Shown: in pieces, positions 9,931 through 22,269 of the stretch | How the letters are laid out: the number at the start of each line of letters is the position of its first letter | Position numbering within the stretch: position 1 is the stretch's first letter | Assembly: GCA_018814025.1 (NCBI GenBank) | Contig: JAHJAM010000014.1 | Location: 1-49,635, forward strand | Length of the DNA stretch: 49,635 bases | DNA from: Patescibacteria group bacterium | GTDB taxonomy: Bacteria > Patescibacteriota > Patescibacteriia > UBA9934 > GWF2-40-263 | Reading direction: 5' to 3' | Translations under genes and position numbers: made by a program | The notes under the pieces: model-generated | What the model was told of the DNA's origin: nothing | Database searches by the model: none | The model's input: the letters and a program-made list of their open reading frames with translations, nothing else

Positions 9931-10512
9931 ATGTCAGGCAAAGAAGTGGTTCTCGACATTGAAACCTCAAATACTTTTCAAGACGTGGGCGAGTATGCCC
10001 CGCAAAAACTCGATGTTTCCGTCATCGGCGTTTATTTTTATGAAACTGATGAATATCGCGCCTATGAACTGGACGAACTGCCTGAACTTTGGCCGCGCCT
10101 GGAGCGTGCCGACCGCATCATCGGCTACAACACTAAGAATTTTGACTATCCGGTCATGAACCGTTATTACTCCGGCGACTTCTTAACTTTTCCTTCGCTC
10201 GACATCTTAGAGGAGATCCACAAGGCCCTGGGCTTTCGTTTAAAGCTTGATGACGTGGCCGCGGCTTCCGTGGGCCATCGCAAGTCCGGCCATGGCCTGC
10301 AGGCCGTGGAATGGTGGCGGCAGGGCGAGAAAGATAAAGTCAAAAATTATTGTTTGGATGATGTCCGAGTCACCAAGGAAGTATACGAGTACGGACTCAA
10401 GTATAATGCCTTGGCTTACGAAGATCACTTCGGCAACCGCAAGGGGATTCCCGTGGATTTTGTTTTACGGGCCGGAGAAAGCAAACCTATCAATCTGACC
10501 ATGCCTCTGTAG
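9931..10512 (+). CDS. RNase H-like (YprB-type) 3'-5' exonuclease domain protein
   Basis: LDIET, GYNTKNFD, YCLDDV DEDD-type motifs. Confidence 0.85.
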   Translation: MSGKEVVLDIETSNTFQDVGEYAPQKLDVSVIGVYFYETDEYRAYELDELPELWPRLERADRIIGYNTKNFDYPVMNRYYSGDFLTFPSLDILEEIHKALGFRLKLDDVAAASVGHRKSGHGLQAVEWWRQGEKDKVKNYCLDDVRVTKEVYEYGLKYNALAYEDHFGNRKGIPVDFVLRAGESKPINLTMPL

Positions 10513-10558
10513 TTGGGCTTAAATCAGCGGATAATCAGCCTTGCGTCGCCAAATATTC

Positions 10559-10567
10559 TGTGGATAA
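10559..10567 (-). promoter_or_regulatory. DnaA box upstream of the nrdJ promoter
   Basis: TGTGGATAA is the reverse complement of consensus TTATCCACA. Confidence 0.55.
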
Positions 10568-10575
10568 CCTTTTCT

Positions 10576-10629
10576 TTGACGCACAATATGTAGTGGTATA
10601 AAATACTAAGGCACCACAACATATAGTGG
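10576..10629 (+). promoter_or_regulatory. nrdJ promoter overlapped by two NrdR boxes
   Basis: TTGACG-17-TAAAAT; boxes GCACAATATGTAGTGG (10581-10596) and CCACAACATATAGTGG (10614-10629) match the NrdR-box palindrome. Confidence 0.85.
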
Positions 10630-10823
10630 TGGTGCAAAGAACCTTGCTGAAGTGGGGGACGGAGGACAAATCTGTTCTTGCTTGTCAGAAGTCAATCCCA
10701 GACAATTCGGGAAAAATAGATGATCCTAAACGGATAATCTTTTTTTTGCCCAGTTTTCTTGCCAAATCATCCTTTTATTTATAAATTACTCGTGGCCAAT
10801 CACTTCATAAACTCGCCTATCTT

Positions 10824-13991
<3,168 letters not shown>

Positions 13992-14009
13992 ATCTGAATT
14001 AAGTTCATG

Positions 14010-14038
14010 AAAAGACGGGAGACATTCTTCCGTCTTTT
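14010..14038 (+). terminator. nrdJ terminator
   Basis: AAAAGACGG...CCGTCTTTT hairpin. Confidence 0.7.
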
Positions 14039-14059
14039 ATGTCAAAGAGTATTAGCCCC

Positions 14060-14095
14060 GACACGCCTAATAGACGGCCGTGCAATATATGTGTC
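14060..14095. repeat. 36-bp imperfect palindrome A1 (left flank of Cas2/PaaX-like gene 1)
   Basis: GACACGCCTAATAGACGGCCGTGCAATATATGTGTC; 27/36 identical to 14630-14665. Confidence 0.8.
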
Positions 14096-14631
14096 AAAAA
14101 AACAACATAAAACAAAGGCATTTGGCTAAGGGGTCAGTGGCCGCTTCATTACTGACTGATCTTGTTGATCAATTAGATCTCACGTTGACAGTGGGGTATA
14201 AGCCTGTTGCTGTAGCTCGGTATGGTCTCGACGGCGTTCTAAGGATGAGAAAGGCCAATGAATATAAACAAAGAAGACAAGCCCTTACCAGACTTCATCA
14301 AGGTAAGCTCATCAAAATAAGCAAAAATGCCGAAAATTATACAGTCGCTTTAACGGAATCTGGTCTAATCGAGAATTACCGACTTCAAGTACTCAATGCC
14401 GAAGAATTCGAGGATAACAGGTTTTGTATCGTGATCTTTGATGTCCCCGAAAGACACCGACGACTCCGAAGCCAGCTCAGATCTTTTTTAAAAGAAGCAG
14501 GTTTCCATCGTTTTCAACAAAGCGTCTGGATCTCACCATTTAATGCCACCAAACCGTTACTGGAGCTCTTCCGGGCATCTAATGCGAAAGGTTGGGTTAG
14601 AGTCTACACCGCCACCGAGGAGATCATCTGA
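14089..14631 (+). CDS. PaaX-like/Cas2-like protein (wHTH plus Cas2/VapD-type ferredoxin fold), copy 1
   Basis: LTESG wing motif, then IVIFDVPE..R..LR..L...GF..FQQSVW; AT-richer than neighbours; alternative start GTG 14080. Confidence 0.85.
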   Translation: MCQKNNIKQRHLAKGSVAASLLTDLVDQLDLTLTVGYKPVAVARYGLDGVLRMRKANEYKQRRQALTRLHQGKLIKISKNAENYTVALTESGLIENYRLQVLNAEEFEDNRFCIVIFDVPERHRRLRSQLRSFLKEAGFHRFQQSVWISPFNATKPLLELFRASNAKGWVRVYTATEEII

Positions 14632-14665
14632 CACAACTAATGAACGGTCGTCTAATATGTGTGAC
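14630..14665. repeat. 36-bp imperfect palindrome A2 (right flank of gene 1)
   Basis: GACACAACTAATGAACGGTCGTCTAATATGTGTGAC, overlapping the stop TGA. Confidence 0.8.
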
Positions 14666-14679
14666 ACTTTATTAAATGT

Positions 14680-15243
14680 ATGAAACCTCAAGCTGACGAA
14701 TCAATCAAAGGCCGCTCAGGCCATGGTCTAATCCAAATCTTCACCGGCGATGGCAAAGGCAAGACCACGGCCGCCTTGGGTGAAGCTCTTCGGGCTCATG
14801 GCGCGGGCCAAAAAGTCGGGATTGTCTTTTTTGATAAAGGCGGCGCGCATTACTCCGAGCGCGCCGCCTTAGATAAACTTGGCGTAGCGGTCGCGGCCTG
14901 CGGCCGCGACCGCCTTGATCCGTCCGGGCGTTTTGATTTCTCAATCACGGATGAAGATAAACAGGAAGGGGAGAAAGGCCTCGAATTTGCAAAACAAATG
15001 TTCGCTCAAGGCTTCGATTTGGTGATTCTGGACGAAATCAATTCATCCGTTGATTTAAAAATTGTCGCTCTCGGCCAAGTCCTGGCGCTCCTGGACCAAA
15101 AGCCGGATAACACCGAACTGATCCTGACCGGCCGCCACGCCCCCCAAGAATTCCTAGACCGCGCGCATCTGGTCACGGAAATGACCCTGCAAAAACACTA
15201 CTTCTATTCCGGCGTGAAAGCCCGAGCGGGATTAGATTATTGA
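14680..15243 (+). CDS. cobO: Cob(I)alamin adenosyltransferase (CobO/BtuR family)
   Basis: FTGDGKGKTTAALG, ILDEIN, LILTGR, KHY, GLDY. Confidence 0.92.
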   Translation: MKPQADESIKGRSGHGLIQIFTGDGKGKTTAALGEALRAHGAGQKVGIVFFDKGGAHYSERAALDKLGVAVAACGRDRLDPSGRFDFSITDEDKQEGEKGLEFAKQMFAQGFDLVILDEINSSVDLKIVALGQVLALLDQKPDNTELILTGRHAPQEFLDRAHLVTEMTLQKHYFYSGVKARAGLDY

Positions 15244-15278
15244 TTTTTTTCTCAATATTTCGTATCATCACCTCACAT

Positions 15279-15355
15279 CGGGCTGTAGCTCAGTAGGCTA
15301 GAGCGCTACGTTCGGGACGTAGAGGTCGCTGGTTCAAGTCCAGTCAGCCCGACCA
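15279..15355 (+). tRNA. tRNA-Pro(CGG)
   Basis: CGGGCTG acceptor stem, anticodon arm CTACG-TTCGGGA-CGTAG, GTTCAAGTC T-loop, encoded CCA. Confidence 0.97.
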
Positions 15356-15387
15356 AAAAAGCACGACTTTTAATGTCGTGCTTTTTT
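15356..15387 (+). terminator. Terminator after tRNA-Pro
   Basis: AAAAAGCACGAC-TTTTAAT-GTCGTGCTTTTTT. Confidence 0.75.
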
Positions 15388-15419
15388 ATTGATTCAATCT
15401 CTTGTACACTAATTCTATT

Positions 15420-15935
15420 ATGTTCGGGAACATTCTTCTTCTCATTGGCTTCATTCTCCTATTTTCTTTTGGCTACGCGGCCATTTCCGGCGCGCCCTGG
15501 GTGCCCACTTGGCGGCATGATACTGCTCGCGCGCTCAAGCTCCTGGATCTTCAGCCTGAAGAAAAGTTTTATGAATTAGGCAGCGGAATCGGCACGCTTT
15601 GCGTGGCCGCCGGTCATAACCCGCAAGTTCAAGTGATCGGCGTTGAATTATCTCTTGGCCAATGGTTAATCTCTCAAATCCGGAAAATGATTGGTCGGAC
15701 ATATAACATTCAATATCGCTTGGGAAACTTATTCCAGACAAATCTGTCTGACGCGGATGCAGTTTATTTTTTTCTCATGCCAGAGGTGTATGAGAAACTC
15801 CGTCCCAAACTGGAAAAAGAATTGCGTCCCGGCGCTAAAGTCGTTTCTTATGTCTGGCCCGTGCCCGGCTGGGAGCCGGTCAAGGTTGATAAGTCCGAAC
15901 GCTTTCCCAACCTCTATTTCTACATCATGAGATAA
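15420..15935 (+). CDS. Class I SAM-dependent methyltransferase with N-terminal membrane anchor
   Basis: GAPWVPT, YELGSGIG motif I, GVELS, LRPGAKVVS. Confidence 0.88.
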   Translation: MFGNILLLIGFILLFSFGYAAISGAPWVPTWRHDTARALKLLDLQPEEKFYELGSGIGTLCVAAGHNPQVQVIGVELSLGQWLISQIRKMIGRTYNIQYRLGNLFQTNLSDADAVYFFLMPEVYEKLRPKLEKELRPGAKVVSYVWPVPGWEPVKVDKSERFPNLYFYIMR

Positions 15936-15968
15936 AAAAGCCCCCGAGTTTCCTCGAGGGCTTTGAGT

Positions 15969-17027
15969 TTAGATGCACTCGTTCATGAGTGCGAAGATGG
16001 TCTGCGGGTCCGCCGCGATCAGGGAGCCGCGCTCGCGGAAGCGGTTGCGTCCGCCGTTGAGCAGAGTCCCGGTCGGTCCGGGAATGGCTCGTTGGCTATA
16101 GTGCCAGCAATCCGGTTCGCGTTCGCACAAGATCAAGGACAAGCGTTCCATCATGGTTCGCAAGTCCGTGCCGTGGCGCACCTGAATCACAGCCTGGGGC
16201 AGGCGGCCGCGCTGGTCATAGGCCACCAGCACCTGAACATCTCGGAACAACGAGAAGAACGCCCGGGTATCGAAGTTGTGGTTGACCATGAGGTAGCCGG
16301 CCCAAAGACCATGGATCCGGAAGATATTCTGATCCTGAGCCTGCAAGCGTTCGATCGTCTGCCCGAATTCGACATGGACTCGATCAAACAGCGCCTGCCA
16401 CTTCCGCAAACCCAAGTTGATTTCCTCTACCTTCTCCTCGCGCAGGAAGCGCATGCACGCGTAGCCGGACAAAGTCAGGGGCGAGGGATAGGCGTCGGCC
16501 AAGCTTGGCCAGTTCTTCACGAAGTTCTGGCGCTGAGGCCATTGCTTCAGCTGGCCGGGCCGGGCTTGGGTCAAGGTCTTCAGGTAAGGCGTCAGCCGCT
16601 GATTGTCATAGGCCCAGAAAGCCAACTCCGCCAGTTCACCCGCCTCGGCGATGATGAATCGCCGATAGTTGAGCTTGCCTTTGGTGTCAGCCGGCGTCAG
16701 ATCAAACAGGCGGGGGATCAGGCTGATGAAAGATTGCCGAAACGGCCGTCGGTTCAAGTAGCCGCTTTGATTGTCGTCGTTGAATACTCGGATCAAGTCC
16801 GCGAACTCGTCCGCGCAGTTGAGCTTCAGAGCCATTTGCTCGAACGCGGAACTGCCGCTTGGATAAGGCTCGCGCACGTCAATGTCCGGCACAGCCGGTC
16901 CCGGATCGCCATCCGTATCTCGAAAAAGGATTTCCGCGGTTTGCCCGGTTTTTAGCTGGTACAGATGCAAAGCGCAGATCTCTTCAAAACGGGGGCCGGG
17001 GTTCATCAAAATTTTCTGTCGGGTCAT
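15969..17027 (-). CDS. Hypothetical protein, possibly a degenerate DHH/MYG1-like fold
   Basis: Long ORF; GGGAGG SD upstream of ATG 17027; convergent terminator at 15934-15964. Confidence 0.65.
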   Translation of the reverse strand: MTRQKILMNPGPRFEEICALHLYQLKTGQTAEILFRDTDGDPGPAVPDIDVREPYPSGSSAFEQMALKLNCADEFADLIRVFNDDNQSGYLNRRPFRQSFISLIPRLFDLTPADTKGKLNYRRFIIAEAGELAELAFWAYDNQRLTPYLKTLTQARPGQLKQWPQRQNFVKNWPSLADAYPSPLTLSGYACMRFLREEKVEEINLGLRKWQALFDRVHVEFGQTIERLQAQDQNIFRIHGLWAGYLMVNHNFDTRAFFSLFRDVQVLVAYDQRGRLPQAVIQVRHGTDLRTMMERLSLILCEREPDCWHYSQRAIPGPTGTLLNGGRNRFRERGSLIAADPQTIFALMNECI

Positions 17028-17244
17028 CACGCCTCCCAGGGTTGATAAAGGACGACTTGTTTCCGAATTCAAGATTCGGCAAACAGCGTTTGATAATAAC
17101 ATCGAATCTGACTTTCGTCAATGGTCGGTTTCGATTCCGCGGCTCTTGACTTACCCACACTCGACCGATTAAACAGTTCTCTATATAATCGGTTATAGTT
17201 CTTTGGCGATCCGCCATTTTAGAAACTAACATCTTCATCACTCT

Positions 17245-17694
17245 ATGAAGATCAACGATCTACTTCATAATCTCGAACCAGATTCGGAGATGACCATCCT
17301 CAACGAGCCGTTTTCTTTTGCCGGTCAAATTGAAATCACGCTCGAAGGCGGCGAGGTCCTCCACTGGTTGTTTTCCAACGAGGGAGACATTTTAAGCGTG
17401 GCCCCGCACAACGAAGAATTATTTTTTTTCCAGCCCCTGGATGAAGAAATCGAGCCGCAAGGCGAGGTCTTTTTTTTCCGCAACAAAGAGTACGAACTCG
17501 ACTATGAGGGTGCCGGCACGGTCACGGCCGCTTCCGAAGACAGCGGCGTGGAAGAAGAAGACCAATATTCGTTTATGGATTATGAAGCTGACAATGGCGA
17601 ACTGATTCGCCAGCTTCATAATTTGAACACTGGCGAAGAACAGGGCTACCTGGGCAAGATTGTGGTCGAGGAAGATATTTTGAACATCGAGTAA
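17245..17694 (+). CDS. Highly acidic hypothetical protein
   Basis: 149-aa ORF, very rich in E/D; TATAAT upstream. Confidence 0.75.
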   Translation: MKINDLLHNLEPDSEMTILNEPFSFAGQIEITLEGGEVLHWLFSNEGDILSVAPHNEELFFFQPLDEEIEPQGEVFFFRNKEYELDYEGAGTVTAASEDSGVEEEDQYSFMDYEADNGELIRQLHNLNTGEEQGYLGKIVVEEDILNIE

Positions 17695-17699
17695 AAGGT

Positions 17700-17773
17700 G
17701 CTGGTAACTGGGTACTGGTAACTGGGTTTTAAAGACGCCTTGACCCAGTTACTAGTTACTAGGCCCTAGCCCC
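17700..17773. repeat. Short-unit repeat/palindrome (GTAACTG/CAGTTAC family)
   Basis: CTGGTAACTGGGT twice, then ACCCAGTTACTAGTTACTAG; related to 30550-30625. Confidence 0.6.
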
Positions 17774-17782
17774 TGATTCCCT

Positions 17783-18979
17783 ATGACCAAACTTCTTTTT
17801 GTAATTGCGGTCGGCGCCAGCACCATGGTGGTTTTGGCTTTGGCCGTCTATTTTGAACTCGGCCGATTTCAGCCGGCCAATGAAGTTCGCCGCATGCAGG
17901 CCGTCATGTCTCAACTCGAAACCGTCAAATACAAAGCTGGTTTGAGCCGGTCCTATGATCAAGCCGACCGCACTACCTCCGTTTTAGCTACCGGCCAGTT
18001 AAATTTTACTCACCCATATTCAATCGAGCACGGAACCAGTTTCCGGGTTGTTGATTTCAGCCGGTCCGGGGAGTCGAGCGATGTCGCGGGCGAGGTCATG
18101 GCCATTAATGAAGACACTTTTATCAAATTCGAACAGCCCGGCGCCGTCATCGATGGCCAGGCCGTGCCCGAAGCTGATACTTGGATTCGTTTTGATAATC
18201 CCTTCGGCTCATCCGTCAAACGCGCTTTTTTGCCCAGCGCCCGGGAAGACCGGCAAGTGATTCATGCTTGGTCGCCGGAATCTTTGCCGCGGCTGCGCGC
18301 CCTGGTGGCCCAGACCGATGTTCTGCAGGTCGCTTTTGACGGTGAAACCGAAATTGTGAATGGCGTGAACACGCGCGTACTAGACGCTCGGGTCGATCCC
18401 GATGCCGGGCGCGCCTTTCTTCTAGCCGTCGTGCGCACCCGCCAAGGGCGGGAGCCGAACACGGATGAGCGCTTGTTCGTGGAATCTTTGGCTCGGACTT
18501 TTGATCCCATGTATGTGCGCTTGTGGATCGGAATCAAAGATCATCGTCTGTATCGTTTGCAGGCCACTGGCGTCATCACTCAAGAACGCGATCGCCAGGC
18601 CGTGGATTTGAAAATTGAGTTGACTGATTTTAATGCCGCGTTCTTAGTTCAGGCGCCCGATCAATTCCAGGATTTTTCCAGTTTATCCGTTCAAGCCAAT
18701 GATTTGCCCGAGGCTTTAACTTTATCGCCCCAAACCTCAGGCTGGTTAACCGCGGCCACCGCCGACACCGGTCATCTGCCTTTGGCCGGCCGAACTTCTG
18801 CGATTCCGGCTTCGGATCCGGATCACGACGGCTTGGATAACATGCTCGAATTTTTTTACGGCACGGATCCCAATCATCCCGATACCGACCGCGACGGGGT
18901 TTCCGACGGCGATGAAGTGCTGGACGGCCGCAATCCCAGAGGCCAAGGCTCGCTTTTCGGTTTTGGCTTGGGCGGCTAA
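17783..18979 (+). CDS. Membrane-anchored surface protein with C-terminal DxDxDG Ca-binding (TSP3-like) repeats
   Basis: N-terminal TM helix; DPDHDGLDN..GTDP..PDTDRDGVSDGDEV..GRNP. Confidence 0.75.
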   Translation: MTKLLFVIAVGASTMVVLALAVYFELGRFQPANEVRRMQAVMSQLETVKYKAGLSRSYDQADRTTSVLATGQLNFTHPYSIEHGTSFRVVDFSRSGESSDVAGEVMAINEDTFIKFEQPGAVIDGQAVPEADTWIRFDNPFGSSVKRAFLPSAREDRQVIHAWSPESLPRLRALVAQTDVLQVAFDGETEIVNGVNTRVLDARVDPDAGRAFLLAVVRTRQGREPNTDERLFVESLARTFDPMYVRLWIGIKDHRLYRLQATGVITQERDRQAVDLKIELTDFNAAFLVQAPDQFQDFSSLSVQANDLPEALTLSPQTSGWLTAATADTGHLPLAGRTSAIPASDPDHDGLDNMLEFFYGTDPNHPDTDRDGVSDGDEVLDGRNPRGQGSLFGFGLGG

Positions 18980-18990
18980 TCATCATCCCC

Positions 18991-20751
18991 ATGACTGACA
19001 AAAAATCATCAAAACCCTGGCAGAAAACCAACCAAGGCCGCGATTGGCGAATTGAGGCTTTTCGGATGGTCGTGGTTTTGTTAGCTTTTGTGATTGTCCT
19101 GCGCTTGGTTTCCTTGCAAGTCTTGAGCCACGGTTTTTATCAGGCTCTGGCCAATGGCCAGCATGAAATTTTCCAAGAGCTTTATCCGGAGCGCGGCGAC
19201 ATATACTTTCATGATCTCAAAGACGGCACGCTAGTGCCCGTGGCCACTAATCAGCAATTGGCGTTTGTTTACGCTGATCCGCGCCACATCACCGATGCCG
19301 AAGGCGCGGCCAAAACTCTGGGAGAAATTTTTGCTTATGAAGCAGAAGCCGTTGAGGCTTTGCAAAAGCGGCTGGATCAGCCCGAAGATCCTTATGAGCC
19401 CATTGCTCATCGCGTCGGCGACCAGCAGCTGGATCAAATTATCCAAGCCCAATTGCCCGGCATCTATTTTGCTCGCGAACAAGCGCGCCTGTATCCGGAA
19501 GCCAAAGTCGGCGGGCACGTGATCGGTTTTTTGGGTATGAACAAGGACGGTTCCTTAGCCGGCAAATATGGCGTTGAAGGTTATTTCAATCAGGAACTGG
19601 CCGGCCAAGCCGGGTATTTGCGCAGCGAGCGCGATATTGCCGGGCGCTTGATTGCCGTGGCGGATCGTTCCATCGAAAGAGCGGTGGATGGGGCTGATAT
19701 CGTGCTCACGCTGGATCGCACCATTCAATACACCGTTTGTTCGGCTTTGGATCAGGCCGTGGCTCGTTATCAGGCCGACGGCGGCAGCGCGATCGTGATT
19801 GATCCTCACACCGGTCGAGTCCTGGCTATGTGCGGCGCCCCGGATTTTGATCCCAATAATTATGGCGCCGTGGACAGTATTAACGATTTTAATAATCCGG
19901 CAATTTTTGAAGATTATGAGCCCGGATCAATCTTTAAAGCCATCACTTTGGCCGCGGCCTTGGATACGGGCGCGGTCACTCCGACCTCAACCTATCTCGA
20001 CACCGGCGAAGTGAAGATCGACGAACACACCATTAAAAATTCCGACGAATTGGCGCATGGCCGGCAAACCATGACCCAAGTTTTAGAACTTTCCCTGAAC
20101 ACCGGCGCCATTTACGCCATGCGCGAAACCGGCATCCCGGTTTTTCTCGATTATGTGAAGCGCTTCGGCTTTGGCGAACCCGTGGGGATTAATTTGGATA
20201 CTGAAGTGGCCGGCGACTTGGGCGAATTGGAAACCGGTTATGAAATTTATTCCGCCACCGCTTCCTACGGCCAGGGGATCACCGTGACGCCTTTGCAAAT
20301 GGCCGCCGCCTATGTCCCCATTGCCAACGGCGGCATTTACAAGAAAATCCATATCGTGGACGAACTGCGTTATCCCGACGGCCGGGTGGTCAAAATTGAA
20401 GACCAGGATTTGCGCCGAGTGATCGAATCCAAGACCTCGCGCTTGTTGGGCGCCATGTTAATTTCCGTGGTCGACAACGGCCACGCGGCCAAAGCCGCCG
20501 TGTCCGGCTATTACTTGGCCGGCAAAACCGGTACGGCCCAAGTCGCCAATCGCTCCACCGGCGGCTATCAAGAAAACAACACCATCGCTTCATTCGTGGG
20601 CTTCGGGCCGGTTGAGGACCCGCGCTTTGTCATTTTGACTCGCCTGGATCACCCGCGCACTAACCCTTACGCGGCTCAAACCGCGGCCCCGCTCTTTGGC
20701 GAAATTGCCGCCTTCCTGCTACAGTATTTTGAAATACCGCCCACTCGATAG
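18991..20751 (+). CDS. ftsI: Class B penicillin-binding protein (FtsI-like transpeptidase)
   Basis: RGDIY dimerization domain, EPGSIFK (SxxK), SLN, KTGTAQ; directly upstream of murF. Confidence 0.85.
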   Translation: MTDKKSSKPWQKTNQGRDWRIEAFRMVVVLLAFVIVLRLVSLQVLSHGFYQALANGQHEIFQELYPERGDIYFHDLKDGTLVPVATNQQLAFVYADPRHITDAEGAAKTLGEIFAYEAEAVEALQKRLDQPEDPYEPIAHRVGDQQLDQIIQAQLPGIYFAREQARLYPEAKVGGHVIGFLGMNKDGSLAGKYGVEGYFNQELAGQAGYLRSERDIAGRLIAVADRSIERAVDGADIVLTLDRTIQYTVCSALDQAVARYQADGGSAIVIDPHTGRVLAMCGAPDFDPNNYGAVDSINDFNNPAIFEDYEPGSIFKAITLAAALDTGAVTPTSTYLDTGEVKIDEHTIKNSDELAHGRQTMTQVLELSLNTGAIYAMRETGIPVFLDYVKRFGFGEPVGINLDTEVAGDLGELETGYEIYSATASYGQGITVTPLQMAAAYVPIANGGIYKKIHIVDELRYPDGRVVKIEDQDLRRVIESKTSRLLGAMLISVVDNGHAAKAAVSGYYLAGKTGTAQVANRSTGGYQENNTIASFVGFGPVEDPRFVILTRLDHPRTNPYAAQTAAPLFGEIAAFLLQYFEIPPTR

Positions 20752-20789
20752 CTCCTCTAGCTCTCATATAGTCAGTTTAGCTCCTCTTT

Positions 20790-22094
20790 ATGAAACTCCT
20801 AATCCAAAAACTTCTCATTTGGCTCTCCAAGCGCATTATCCGCCGGCATCAGCCCATTATCGTAGCCGTCACCGGTTCCGTGGGTAAAACCTCCACCCGC
20901 AACGCTATCGCTGCGGTTTTGGAGTCGAGCTTCCGTTTGCGAACCAACTTTGCCAATTACAACAATGAATTTGGCGTTCCCTTGACGATCATTGGCGCGG
21001 TTTCGCCGGAAAAGTCATTGATCGGTTGGCTCAAGGTAATTTTTCATGGCGCCAAGCAAACTCTTTTCAAAGATCAGACTTATCCGCAGCTTTTAGTCCT
21101 GGAATTTGGCGCTGATCGGCCCGGCGATATTGGCGCTTTATGTGATATCGCCCAGCCGGATGTGGCCGTGCTCACCGTGGTTTCTCCGGTTCACGCGGCC
21201 AATTACGCATCCTTTGAACAATTAATCGATGAAAAAACCACCATTATTCGCCGAGTTAAGCCCGGCGGTCTGGCGGTTTTAAATGCTGATGATGCGCGTG
21301 TGCTTGATCATCGACTGGAGGCGCCGGCGCGCGTTCTGACCTACGGTTTCAGTCAAGCCGCGGATCTGCGTGGTTTCAATTATCATTTGGAAACTCGGCA
21401 GGATTTTACCTTTGATCCGGGCGAACAGTTTGCGGAAACTCACTTTGAAGTCGAATTTGAAGAAGAAACCATGCCTGCCAACCTGCCCAATCTCATTGGC
21501 CGGGCTCAAGTCAGCGCCGCTTTGGGCGCTTTGGCCGTGGGCCGCCATTTTGATTTGTCTTTGGAAGACATGATTCCGCGCTTGGCCAAAATTTTGCCCC
21601 AAGCCGGGCGCATGAACCCGCTGCCCGGCATCAAGAAATGTTTAGTGCTCGATGACACGTATAATGCCGCGCCCGCGTCCGTGCGAGCCGCATTGGAGGT
21701 TTTGGGTCAGTTCACGCCTCAAGGCGATGGCCAGCGGATTGCCGCCTTGGGCCAGATGGCCGAGCTGGGCCGCTACAGCCGCGATGAACATCGTTTGATT
21801 GGCCACCAGGTCGCGGAAATCGGCGTCTCATTATTGGTCACGGTGGGGGAGGAAGCTCTGGGTATTCGCGCAGGCGCCATCGAAGCCGGTTTAACCGATG
21901 GCCAGTGCGCTCATTTTGATAACTCGGAAGAAGCCGGCCGTCATTTAGATAAAGAAGTCCGCACCGGCGACATTGTCTTGGTTAAGGGCTCCCAATCCGC
22001 GCGCATGGAAAAAGTGGTCAAAGATTTAATGGCCGAGCCATTGCGTGCCGAACAGCTCCTCGTCCGGCAATCCGAAAAGTGGCTGAAGACATAG
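20790..22094 (+). CDS. murF: UDP-N-acetylmuramoyl-tripeptide--D-Ala-D-Ala ligase
   Basis: VTGSVGKTST, NNEFGVP, DDTYNA, MAELG, VKGS. Confidence 0.93.
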   Translation: MKLLIQKLLIWLSKRIIRRHQPIIVAVTGSVGKTSTRNAIAAVLESSFRLRTNFANYNNEFGVPLTIIGAVSPEKSLIGWLKVIFHGAKQTLFKDQTYPQLLVLEFGADRPGDIGALCDIAQPDVAVLTVVSPVHAANYASFEQLIDEKTTIIRRVKPGGLAVLNADDARVLDHRLEAPARVLTYGFSQAADLRGFNYHLETRQDFTFDPGEQFAETHFEVEFEEETMPANLPNLIGRAQVSAALGALAVGRHFDLSLEDMIPRLAKILPQAGRMNPLPGIKKCLVLDDTYNAAPASVRAALEVLGQFTPQGDGQRIAALGQMAELGRYSRDEHRLIGHQVAEIGVSLLVTVGEEALGIRAGAIEAGLTDGQCAHFDNSEEAGRHLDKEVRTGDIVLVKGSQSARMEKVVKDLMAEPLRAEQLLVRQSEKWLKT

Positions 22095-22112
22095 TTTTCC
22101 ACAAAACACTCA

Positions 22113-22188
22113 TTGACAAACACCAAAAATTCTGATGTAATTACCAAACAATAAGACAACTCCACCCATTACAAACGGGTGGAGTTTT
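22113..22188 (+). promoter_or_regulatory. Promoter followed by a terminator-like hairpin upstream of Cas2/PaaX-like gene 2
   Basis: TTGACA-17-TGTAAT, then AACTCCACCC-ATTACAAAC-GGGTGGAGTTTT. Confidence 0.55.
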
Positions 22189-22237
22189 GTATCTCCAAAG
22201 CAATAGCACTAAAGCAATAACACCAAATGTTTATCAA

Positions 22238-22269
22238 ACGGCATTCTTTACGATCGTAAAGAATGCCGT
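22238..22269. repeat. Perfect 32-bp palindrome B1 (left flank of gene 2)
   Basis: ACGGCATTCTTTACGA|TCGTAAAGAATGCCGT; contains ATG 22263. Confidence 0.92.

Noticed and set aside
10630-10823. Canonical cobalamin riboswitch before nrdJ
   Set aside because: The conserved core and B12-box are not recognisable; kept only as an unknown structured leader.
15963-16955. 330-aa plus-strand ORF
   Set aside because: Shadow of the minus-strand gene, which has an SD and a convergent terminator.
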